DNA of 64,000 nucleotides, taken from contig OZ244939.1 in the NCBI GenBank assembly GCA_965222235.1, positions 557,942 through 621,941 on the forward strand. The letters are read 5' to 3'. Position 1 is the first letter of the stretch. Each line of letters opens with the position of its first letter. This document shows positions 53,410-64,000 of this stretch, in pieces. Origin of the DNA: Minisyncoccota bacterium. Its GTDB lineage: Bacteria > Patescibacteriota > Minisyncoccia > Phycocordibacterales > JABAAK01. Both the position numbers and the translations under genes were made by a program. A model generated the notes under the pieces. That model was not told the origin of the DNA. It did not search any database and saw only the letters and a program-made list of their open reading frames with translations.

Positions 53410-54285
53410 ATGAAGGGCAACGATGAATATAATCTGAAGGTCGTGTTTATCTACATCAGCATTGCAATTGCGCTGTTGGTGACCATAATTTCCGGCTCTA
53501 GCGCCGCGTTCGCCATCATTAACTATTTCCTGATGCCCGATTCATTCACCTGGTGGAATTTTCGGGGCAGTGTATACGGCAGCCTGCCGAGCAGCATCGC
53601 CTTTTTGTCTATTGCATTTCTGACGCTGATGGCGCTCTCCCGCATTGTTCGTGATGATATAGCGATTGATCATCAAAGGACGGTCTGGTATCGGCTGTGT
53701 CAGGCGATTGTCATGGTCATACTCACACTTTCACTGTGTACGGTGCTGTTTGTATCGGCGCTCCTGATTGAGGGTGTGCTGAGCGGCGACATATCATGGG
53801 CGCACTTTTTGAAACTGGTGTTCATGCTCGGCATCGGCGCCATGACATTTTATTACTATCGCGGCGTTCTTCGTCATGTGTGGCAGAGTCACAGAAAAGA
53901 AAAGAAAATGCTCGTTGTCACGGTGTCAGCGCTGGTGATCCTCCTGCTGGTATTGGGGGTTGCGGTGGTGCGGCCGCTCACACAACGGTCGGTTGCAGAA
54001 ACATACGAGGCACTGGACCATCTCAAGACAGTGTCGCGGGAGGTAAACGTATTCTTCTCCGAGAAGAAATATCTGCCGGCTGACCTGTCGGTGCTTGAAT
54101 ATATTAAACACGGATATGTGGTTGATGACGGATCGGTCACATACGAGAAAACCGGATACGCTTCATACCGTCTGTGTGCGGAATTTGAGGCGCTGCCGCG
54201 CGGCACGGACCTCTCCGAGTATCCGTACGATGATTTTGAGGTGAAAGAAACGGGCACGAACTGTTTTGTTCTCAGCGCACAGTAG
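53410..54285 (+). CDS. DUF5671-like membrane protein
   Basis: Multiple TM helices; YRLCAEF...NCF C-terminus. Confidence 0.6.
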   Translation: MKGNDEYNLKVVFIYISIAIALLVTIISGSSAAFAIINYFLMPDSFTWWNFRGSVYGSLPSSIAFLSIAFLTLMALSRIVRDDIAIDHQRTVWYRLCQAIVMVILTLSLCTVLFVSALLIEGVLSGDISWAHFLKLVFMLGIGAMTFYYYRGVLRHVWQSHRKEKKMLVVTVSALVILLLVLGVAVVRPLTQRSVAETYEALDHLKTVSREVNVFFSEKKYLPADLSVLEYIKHGYVVDDGSVTYEKTGYASYRLCAEFEALPRGTDLSEYPYDDFEVKETGTNCFVLSAQ

Positions 54286-54315
54286 CGCCGCAGTCGCCCC
54301 GTTTTTTGGTATAGT

Positions 54316-55896
54316 GTGCGTATGCTGCTGTCCGCACAATCATTAGAGAAACGGTACGGAGCCGAAACTGTTTTCAGCGATATATCCTTCACCCTCGACG
54401 AGGGGCATCGGGTCGCGCTGGTCGGGAAAAACGGCGCGGGAAAGAGCACGCTAATGAAATTGCTCGTCGGCAAAACGGAGCCGGATGCCGGCAGGGTGAC
54501 GGTGACCGACGGCAGAACGGTGGCGTATCTGCCGCAGGAAATTGCGGCGGATGACACGCGCACCGGCATCGCCTATCTGCAGGACGGCACCAATCTGCAG
54601 CCGCATCAGTTTTTTCCGCTGCTTGAGGGTCTGGGTGTGCCGCAGGAAGTCGCGGAGCGTTCGCTGAACGGCATGAGCGGCGGTCAGCAGACCAAAATTC
54701 TGCTGACCCGTTTTCTGCTTGAGCCGTCGGATATTCTGCTGCTGGACGAGCCGACCAATAATTTGGACATACCGTCGCTGCTCTGGCTTGAACGGTTTCT
54801 CGCCTCGTCAAAAAAAGCAATGATCATCATCTCACATGATTTGATGTTTCTGAATACCGTAGCGAACCGGGTGTTTGAGATGAAAGACGGAACGCTCCTG
54901 ACGGAACGGGGCACCTACGGCGACTACCTTGAGCGGAAGAAGAAAGAGTTGGCGCGGGCGAAAAAGGAATACGCACAATATATACAGAAAGTGCGCCAGC
55001 TTGAGCGGACAAAAAGACAGATACAGGGCAAAGGCGGGCGGATAGACGCGGCCGAGGCGGACGACGGCGACAAAATCGGTGCCGGCGCAGCGCGGGACCG
55101 CGCATCTGCGGGTCAGCGGCAGGCGCGCTCCATTGAGCGCCGGATTCAACGGATGGAGAAAGTTAAGAAGCCCTTTGAGGAGGATCCGTATGTGCTCACC
55201 ATCAGCGCAAGACAGCAGGATGGGGACATTGAAATTGCCGCGTCCGATCTGGTTGTCGGCTATCCCGGCGGCGTGCGGGTGGGCCCGGTGTCATTTTCGG
55301 TAAAGATCGGCGATCGACTTTGTCTCATGGGCATGAACGGCGCGGGAAAGAGTACGCTGCTGAAGACCGTTGCCGGCATGCTTGAGCCGTTGGAAGGCGG
55401 GATATCAGTGTCCGACGGCGTATTGTTCGGCGACCTGATGCAGAAACATGAGCGGGCGGATCCAGGCACGGTCGCACTTGATTTTTTCATGCAACAGACC
55501 GGCGGCGATGCCGAGCGGGCGATGCATGCGCTGAAACAGGCCGGCTTCACCGACCGGATGCTCCGGCAGAGGATAGCCGGCCTCTCATCCGGCATGCGCG
55601 CGCGGCTGCTCTTTGCCGTGTTCGTGGCGCTCGGCGTGAATGTTCTTATCCTTGACGAGCCGACGAACCATCTGGACATGGAGGCGGTTGCGGCGCTCAA
55701 AGATCTTTTGAAGCAGTACACGGGAATCGTATTTCTGGTGTCGCACAACCGATGGTTTTTAGAGGATCTTAATGTCGGCACATACTACAGCATCGCTGAC
55801 AGCGCCGCGGTCCGTATTCCTGACTTTGAAAAGTATCTCAGCGATGCTCAGGCGCGCGCGGAACGGATGGTGAAACAATTGAGAAGGGCGGTGTGA
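54316..55896 (+). CDS. ABC-F family ATPase
   Basis: Two G.NGAGKST and DEPTN modules; no TM helices. Confidence 0.9.
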   Translation: MRMLLSAQSLEKRYGAETVFSDISFTLDEGHRVALVGKNGAGKSTLMKLLVGKTEPDAGRVTVTDGRTVAYLPQEIAADDTRTGIAYLQDGTNLQPHQFFPLLEGLGVPQEVAERSLNGMSGGQQTKILLTRFLLEPSDILLLDEPTNNLDIPSLLWLERFLASSKKAMIIISHDLMFLNTVANRVFEMKDGTLLTERGTYGDYLERKKKELARAKKEYAQYIQKVRQLERTKRQIQGKGGRIDAAEADDGDKIGAGAARDRASAGQRQARSIERRIQRMEKVKKPFEEDPYVLTISARQQDGDIEIAASDLVVGYPGGVRVGPVSFSVKIGDRLCLMGMNGAGKSTLLKTVAGMLEPLEGGISVSDGVLFGDLMQKHERADPGTVALDFFMQQTGGDAERAMHALKQAGFTDRMLRQRIAGLSSGMRARLLFAVFVALGVNVLILDEPTNHLDMEAVAALKDLLKQYTGIVFLVSHNRWFLEDLNVGTYYSIADSAAVRIPDFEKYLSDAQARAERMVKQLRRAV

Positions 55897-55908
55897 TAGA
55901 GTGAACGT

Positions 55909-56688
55909 ATGCTGTTTACACACATGCTGCCGCTCGCGCTCATTCAGGGGGTCACGGAATTTCTGCCGATTTCCTCTTCAGCGCACCTGGTGCTGTTTCC
56001 CGAGGTGTTCGGCCGCGAAATACAGTCGGTCGGTTTTGATATTATACTTCATGCCGCGACACTGACGGCGGCAGTGTGGTATTTCAGAAAAGATATACGG
56101 GATATTACCGTCGGATGCCTGCGCGGCGATGCCGGCAGCCGTCTATATATGCAGGCATTGCTGCTCGGCACGCTTCCCGTGGTAGTTGCCGGTCCGTTTC
56201 TGTACAACACCGTGGTGTCCTCCAGGACCGCGGAGCTGATCGCTATACTCCTCATCGCCTCCGGTGCCGCGCTGTATCTGGCGGATTGGTATGTGCGTCG
56301 CATGCCGGTGCACAGTAATCTCCCCGTCCCCGCACGTGCGCTGGTCATCGGCATGTGTCAGATACTGTCGGTGTTTCCCGGCGTATCGCGGTCGGGAATT
56401 ACCATCACCGCGGGTCGTCTCCTGGGGCTCTCCCGCGGGGAATCGGTCCGGTTTTCATTCCTGCTTTCCGTTCCCGTCATCGCCGGCGCGACGGTGCTTG
56501 CCGCGCTGTCCGTGCCGTCCGCAGGGACGATCGCGCTGTCCGTGCCGTTGCTGATATCGTTCGCCGTCGCCGTTCTTGCCGCCTACACCGCAATTCGGCT
56601 GTTCATCGCGTGGGTAGAGCGTATAGGGTTCGCTCCGTTCTGCATATATCAGATAGCGCTCGGTGCCGCGCTGCTTCTGCTGCTCTAG
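55909..56688 (+). CDS. uppP: Undecaprenyl-diphosphate phosphatase
   Basis: QGVTEFLPISSSAH, PGVSRSG. Confidence 0.92.
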   Translation: MLFTHMLPLALIQGVTEFLPISSSAHLVLFPEVFGREIQSVGFDIILHAATLTAAVWYFRKDIRDITVGCLRGDAGSRLYMQALLLGTLPVVVAGPFLYNTVVSSRTAELIAILLIASGAALYLADWYVRRMPVHSNLPVPARALVIGMCQILSVFPGVSRSGITITAGRLLGLSRGESVRFSFLLSVPVIAGATVLAALSVPSAGTIALSVPLLISFAVAVLAAYTAIRLFIAWVERIGFAPFCIYQIALGAALLLLL

Positions 56689-56822
56689 TACAGATGTTTG
56701 ACGGTAATCCACCAGGTTGTCGGCGGCAATTCGTCCAGCCCGTACGGCGGTTCGGTGACCATAACGGAATACAGCCACAGGGCGACTATGAATCCGAGGA
56801 TGATATAGGCGATTCTCTTCAT
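56685..56822 (-). CDS. Possible 45-aa membrane peptide
   Basis: MKRIAYIILGFIVALWLYS...; AT-rich upstream like other genes. Confidence 0.4.
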   Translation of the reverse strand: MKRIAYIILGFIVALWLYSVMVTEPPYGLDELPPTTWWITVKHLY

Positions 56823-56855
56823 GATATATGATATATATATACCGTAGCACACCAC

Positions 56856-56928
56856 GCCACCTTAGCTCAGTCGGTAGAGCACTCCCATGGTAAGGGAGAG
56901 GTCGTCGGTTCAAATCCGACAGGTGGCT
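56856..56928 (+). tRNA. tRNA-Thr(GGT)
   Basis: Anticodon arm ctccc-atGGTaa-gggag; acceptor gccacct/aggtggc. Confidence 0.95.
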
Positions 56929-56933
56929 CATAT

Positions 56934-58418
56934 ATGTCACACCTGTACCTCACAAAGACGGACTACATCCACTATCTCCGCTGCCCGAGTTCGCTCTGGC
57001 TGTTGAAACATAAACCGGATGTGTATCCGCACCGGGAGTTCAGCGCGTTTCTGCGGCAGATAGCGGCGGAGGGGTATGAGGTTGAGCGGTACGCACAGCG
57101 GCTGTTTCCGAACGGCATACCGCTGCCCGCCGGCACAGCGGCCGGGGAGCGCACCCGTCAGGCGGTTGCAGCCGGCACCCCAATCATGTTCCAGGCGACA
57201 TTCCACACCGATGACGGCATGTTCATCCGCAGCGATGTGCTGGAGCTGCACGGCGATGCCTGCAGTATCTATGAAATAAAATCTTCGGCGAAGGTGAAGC
57301 GGGAGAAGCAGCATGACCATATTAAGGACCTCTGTTTTCAGGTAATTGCACTTGAGAAATCCGGCCTGTCGGTGCGGGATGCATACATCATTCATGTAAA
57401 CGCCGACTATGTGCGCGACGGGGAGGTGAACCCGGCGGCGCTGCTGAAAAAAATGTGTGTTACCGATGCGGTGCGGGATGCGGAGGCGGAAACGGAGGTT
57501 GAGGTGTCAAACGCGCTTGCGCTGCTCCGCGAAACGGCAATCAGCGAAAACGGCTGTCCCTGCTACAGAAAAACCCGGGCGAACCACTGTGACGCGTTTG
57601 CATATTTCAACGGCGCGCCGGAGCGTCAGTCAGTGTGGGAGCTCGGCCGGATCAGTGAAAAAAAACTGGTGACCCTTCTTGACCGCGGCGTGACGCACCT
57701 GCGGGAGATTCCGGAAGACATTGACCTTAACCCGAAACAGCGCCGGCAGGCGCTCTCTGCGGTGCGCGGCGAGCCGGTGGTGTATGAGGAGCGGATTGCC
57801 GAGATGCTCGGCACGCTGACATTTCCGCTGTATTTTTTTGACTATGAAACCGCCGCACATGCGGTACCGCGGCTGGTCGGCTTCAGACCGTGGCAGCATA
57901 TACCGTTTCAGTATTCGCTGCATATATTGCATGAAGACGGGACGCTTGACCATCGCGAACAGGTGAGCGAGACACTGACCGGCGTTGAGGAAGTGCTCTC
58001 GGCGCTGTGCGGAGACATTGCCCCCGACGGAGACGTGATCTCGTGGCATGCGTCGTTTGAACAGTGCCGTAACCGCGAGATGGGGGAGATATTTCCGCGG
58101 TATCGTGAACAGTTAACCGATATCAACCGCCGCATGTTTGATCTGGAGGATGTGTTCAGGGAGGCGTACGCTGATGCCGCCTTCCGCGGCTCCACCTCCA
58201 TCAAGAAGGTTCTGCCGGTATTGTGTCCGCATCTGACCTATGCGGATATGGCGGTGCAGGACGGCGCGCAGGCAATGGGACAGTGGCTGACGATGGTGGA
58301 TCCGGCGACGGACGGCGCAACAAAGGCGGATATACGACGCGATTTGCTCACGTACTGCACATTGGATACCTATGCGATGGTTGAGCTGTATCGGACGCTT
58401 CGGGCGATGGTGTCGTGA
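56934..58418 (+). CDS. DUF2779 protein (RecB-like nuclease plus RNase H-like domain)
   Basis: SD...YEIKSS, DL.FQ, FFDYET, PFQYS, SIKKVLP, YC.LD. Confidence 0.8.
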   Translation: MSHLYLTKTDYIHYLRCPSSLWLLKHKPDVYPHREFSAFLRQIAAEGYEVERYAQRLFPNGIPLPAGTAAGERTRQAVAAGTPIMFQATFHTDDGMFIRSDVLELHGDACSIYEIKSSAKVKREKQHDHIKDLCFQVIALEKSGLSVRDAYIIHVNADYVRDGEVNPAALLKKMCVTDAVRDAEAETEVEVSNALALLRETAISENGCPCYRKTRANHCDAFAYFNGAPERQSVWELGRISEKKLVTLLDRGVTHLREIPEDIDLNPKQRRQALSAVRGEPVVYEERIAEMLGTLTFPLYFFDYETAAHAVPRLVGFRPWQHIPFQYSLHILHEDGTLDHREQVSETLTGVEEVLSALCGDIAPDGDVISWHASFEQCRNREMGEIFPRYREQLTDINRRMFDLEDVFREAYADAAFRGSTSIKKVLPVLCPHLTYADMAVQDGAQAMGQWLTMVDPATDGATKADIRRDLLTYCTLDTYAMVELYRTLRAMVS

Positions 58419-58466
58419 TGTGTACGGCGGCAAAGAATTCGCGGAAGTGGGGTATGCTGAATATAT

Positions 58467-59099
58467 ATGGTCCGTACAGCGCGCAGGGTTCAGCATGCCG
58501 GTTTCACGCTCATTGAGGTGTTGGTCGCTATTTCCGTGCTCACGACGATGTTGTTTGTCCCCCTCTCCGTCATCACCCAGTATCTCACCGAAGTCGCACT
58601 GACGGAAGACAGCGTGAAAGCCGGCCTTCTGGCACAGGAGGTGATAGAGTATGTGCGGTATGACCGGGATTCAAATCTGCTTTCGGGCGACGGCACGTGG
58701 TTCACCAGGCTGCGCTCGCCGGTCAGTGTAACGAATACATACAGTGAGTGTATTACGCGGGAGAATGACTGGTTGCGCGGCGCGGATCCCCGGTTCTGCA
58801 ATGTGGAATGCACGAGCGAATCCGAAACCGGCCTCTGCAGCGAGGTTGACGGGTTTGTCTCCGGCGTGTCCGGGTTAACGACCGTGCCCGTGCGGTACCC
58901 GAACAAAACCTGTGACGGTAAGGAAGCGGGCGACACAGAAGAGACATTCAGCGTGACGCTGACGATTGTGGTGCCGTCGAACGATACCGCGGTGCAGTAT
59001 GCGTCCGTCAGACCCTGTGTATCCTGGAAAGACAGGAGCGGTGCGGAGCGGAAGATGGAGATTGAAGAGACACTCTTTCATTGGTTAGTAACTGATTAG
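58467..59099 (+). CDS. Minor type IV pilin (PilV-like)
   Basis: AG|FTLIEVLV. Confidence 0.8.
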   Translation: MVRTARRVQHAGFTLIEVLVAISVLTTMLFVPLSVITQYLTEVALTEDSVKAGLLAQEVIEYVRYDRDSNLLSGDGTWFTRLRSPVSVTNTYSECITRENDWLRGADPRFCNVECTSESETGLCSEVDGFVSGVSGLTTVPVRYPNKTCDGKEAGDTEETFSVTLTIVVPSNDTAVQYASVRPCVSWKDRSGAERKMEIEETLFHWLVTD

Positions 59100-59103
59100 T
59101 ACC

Positions 59104-61744
<2,641 letters not shown>

Positions 61745-62038
61745 CCGGACACTCATGTGCGGTGCGACGCTTTCATATATATAGTGTTGCGTTGCAGAAA
61801 TATGTATGATGTTTGCATACGACGAACGCGGGCGGACATATCGGCATATATGTTGTAACAATACACTTGCTTTTATTCGGCAAACAGGTAATAGTAAATA
61901 CAGATACAGAAAACCGCTGCTGAACACTCAATTAATAAATAACCTATTGTGCGGAGAAGAATTTTTTAATTAATCATGTGTCGTGCGTGATGTATGTATA
62001 CAGAAAAATTTTGCGCGCGCAGTACTCCATATATACAT

Positions 62039-64000
62039 ATGACTATAAGCAAAACTATAACAAACAACATGCGGTCATGCCTCGGCATGCTGCTCATCAC
62101 GGCGCTATGCCTCAATCCGTTGTTTATGCACACCGCGCTGGCGCAGCCGCAGGGTCCGGAACTGCTTGCGTCTGATATGTATACCACAAACGGCGGTGTC
62201 ACACACGACGGCACCACCTACATCACCGTCGGCGATGATGTTGTGCTGAAAATTGAAATATCGGATAAGGATCTCACGGAGCCGCCGACCGTAGTCATGG
62301 CGGGGGAGCGACAGACAATGAGTCTGACGGGCAAGGGCCTAAACGGCGGCAGGGAGTACAAAGCAGCAATGACCGTTACGGATACGACACCGGAAGGAGT
62401 GATATCGTATGATATCGGCGCGCTCACGTACCGCACCGGCGGCACAACCGACCCGCGGCCGAGAAGCGGTACGATTGTTGTGGACACGACACCTCCGACC
62501 ATCATCCTGCACGGGGCGAATCCGTATGTACTGCTTGAAGACGGCAGTAATCCGTACAAGGATCCCGGCGCGGTGACCGACATATGCGGGACGGATGACA
62601 ACGGTGAGACGGTCTGTGAACCGGCGGAAGTATTGCAGAACACGGTGTCAATGATTCAGGGCACCTATATCGTGACATACACCGCACGCGATATTGCGAA
62701 GAATACGAACACTGTAGAGAGAACTGTGGAGGTGATCAGACTCGACACGAAACCGACGGTGACCGTGTCCGGATCCGGCGGCTCAGTGCGCCCGGGCGAT
62801 GACATCACCCTCTCATTTGCCGTTCCCCAACCCCTTACTGAAACACCGACCGGAAGTATACGAGTGTTCGCGAACGAAGATACCGACGAAGCGGTGTTTG
62901 AGAGCGATTCGATCTCCATGACGCTGAGCGACGGAGTATATACCGCCGTCTGGACGGTGCCGGATGCCATACCGGAGACGAAACGGGCGTTTGTGCGGTA
63001 TGTGCTCAACGATTCCGACTTCATGACCGGCGGCATGTATGCTGAAGACGCGGCTGATGTTCAGGAAACAGGCGATGAGCGCGCGGATACCTCAGCAGCT
63101 ACCGAACACGCCGATGAGGCGGATCCGGCGGTATTCAGCGGCAGTATTGCTGATGCTGACGATACCGGCACTATCGGCGACGGGATTACCAGCAGAGAAG
63201 AACTTAACTACACCGGAAAAGCGTCACCCGGTGCAACGGTGACCGTGCAGTACAAGAAAACAACAGACGGACCGTGGGATGATGCCGACGGTCTCATCGC
63301 ATATGTTACCGAAGTATCTTCCGACGCAGCAGCAGACGGTTCGTTCACCGTTCGTTTTGAATCCCTGACGGACGGCGGGTATGAAGTTCGCGCCGTCATT
63401 GATACCGTCTCAGCCGAACCGGTTGCACTCACCGGCTTTACGGTGGACACCATTCCTCCCGTGCTCACACTTAACGGTGACGCAGAGATGATTCTCACCG
63501 CCGGTGAAACCTTCACTGATCCGGGCGCCGTCTCGGACGACGAAGAAGCGGTTAGTGTCGCAGGCGTGGTTGACACTGCGACCTCGGGAACTTACACCCT
63601 CACCTATCAAGCAACCGACACGGCAGGGAACACGGGAACGGCGGAAAGAACGGTTAAAATTATCGCACCTCAGCCCCAAGATGATATACCCGATCCGACA
63701 GCACCACAGGACATTATATTTGACAAACTCACAGCCGCCGCATCAAAGACAGCATCATCTCCACGACAAGTGGCACAACAAATTGGAAGCTTCATTACCG
63801 TTACCAACGCTGACTACACAATCCCCGAGCAGGAGAAATCCCTGACCGTCACCCTGTCTGAGACAACAGGCGTCACGAACACCCGGTGGGACATAGTTAA
63901 CAGCCAGAATGACTGTACCGCCGCGCAGACTCTGCGACGCACTTACACTCCCGACGTAGCCGGCGCCGATACGGTGACGATTGACACCGAAGACGCCAAC
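62039..64000 (+). CDS. Large Ig-like/DUF5011 surface protein, runs off the window (absent from the ORF track)
   Basis: MTISKT... signal peptide; DTTPPTIILHG...DPGA and DTIPPVLTLNG...DPGA units. Confidence 0.75.
   Translation, partial: MTISKTITNNMRSCLGMLLITALCLNPLFMHTALAQPQGPELLASDMYTTNGGVTHDGTTYITVGDDVVLKIEISDKDLTEPPTVVMAGERQTMSLTGKGLNGGREYKAAMTVTDTTPEGVISYDIGALTYRTGGTTDPRPRSGTIVVDTTPPTIILHGANPYVLLEDGSNPYKDPGAVTDICGTDDNGETVCEPAEVLQNTVSMIQGTYIVTYTARDIAKNTNTVERTVEVIRLDTKPTVTVSGSGGSVRPGDDITLSFAVPQPLTETPTGSIRVFANEDTDEAVFESDSISMTLSDGVYTAVWTVPDAIPETKRAFVRYVLNDSDFMTGGMYAEDAADVQETGDERADTSAATEHADEADPAVFSGSIADADDTGTIGDGITSREELNYTGKASPGATVTVQYKKTTDGPWDDADGLIAYVTEVSSDAAADGSFTVRFESLTDGGYEVRAVIDTVSAEPVALTGFTVDTIPPVLTLNGDAEMILTAGETFTDPGAVSDDEEAVSVAGVVDTATSGTYTLTYQATDTAGNTGTAERTVKIIAPQPQDDIPDPTAPQDIIFDKLTAAASKTASSPRQVAQQIGSFITVTNADYTIPEQEKSLTVTLSETTGVTNTRWDIVNSQNDCTAAQTLRRTYTPDVAGADTVTIDTEDAN

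Overview
This window looks like a CPR/Patescibacteria (Parcubacteria-like) chromosome in genetic code 11; the taxonomy is inferred from gene content. Core genes include gyrB, rpsL-rpsG-fusA, ligA, uppP, an ABC-F ATPase, a pyrE-like PRTase and four tRNAs. Surface genes include giant Cys-rich type IV pilin-like proteins, prepilin peptidase, a WxL cluster and giant Ig-repeat proteins. There are two IS481-like copies and three IS30-like copies or fragments. The main signal is three low-GC islands at tRNA 3' ends (Asp, Arg-TCT, Arg-GCG) that carry four restriction-modification (R-M) systems. The cargo sits between long, palindrome-rich inverted arms, next to an intact or decayed large serine recombinase (LSR). 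The intact element (20276-26318) contains an inverted internal copy (24233-24645) of its own joined ends, so its predicted circle has a 2-micron-plasmid-like layout. The recombination core lies inside the LSR gene, and each arm encodes a conserved C-terminal helix that would join the LSR only after excision or inversion. Two R-M enzymes are fused to LexA-type S24 peptidase domains. All alignments were done by eye and no database searches were run.
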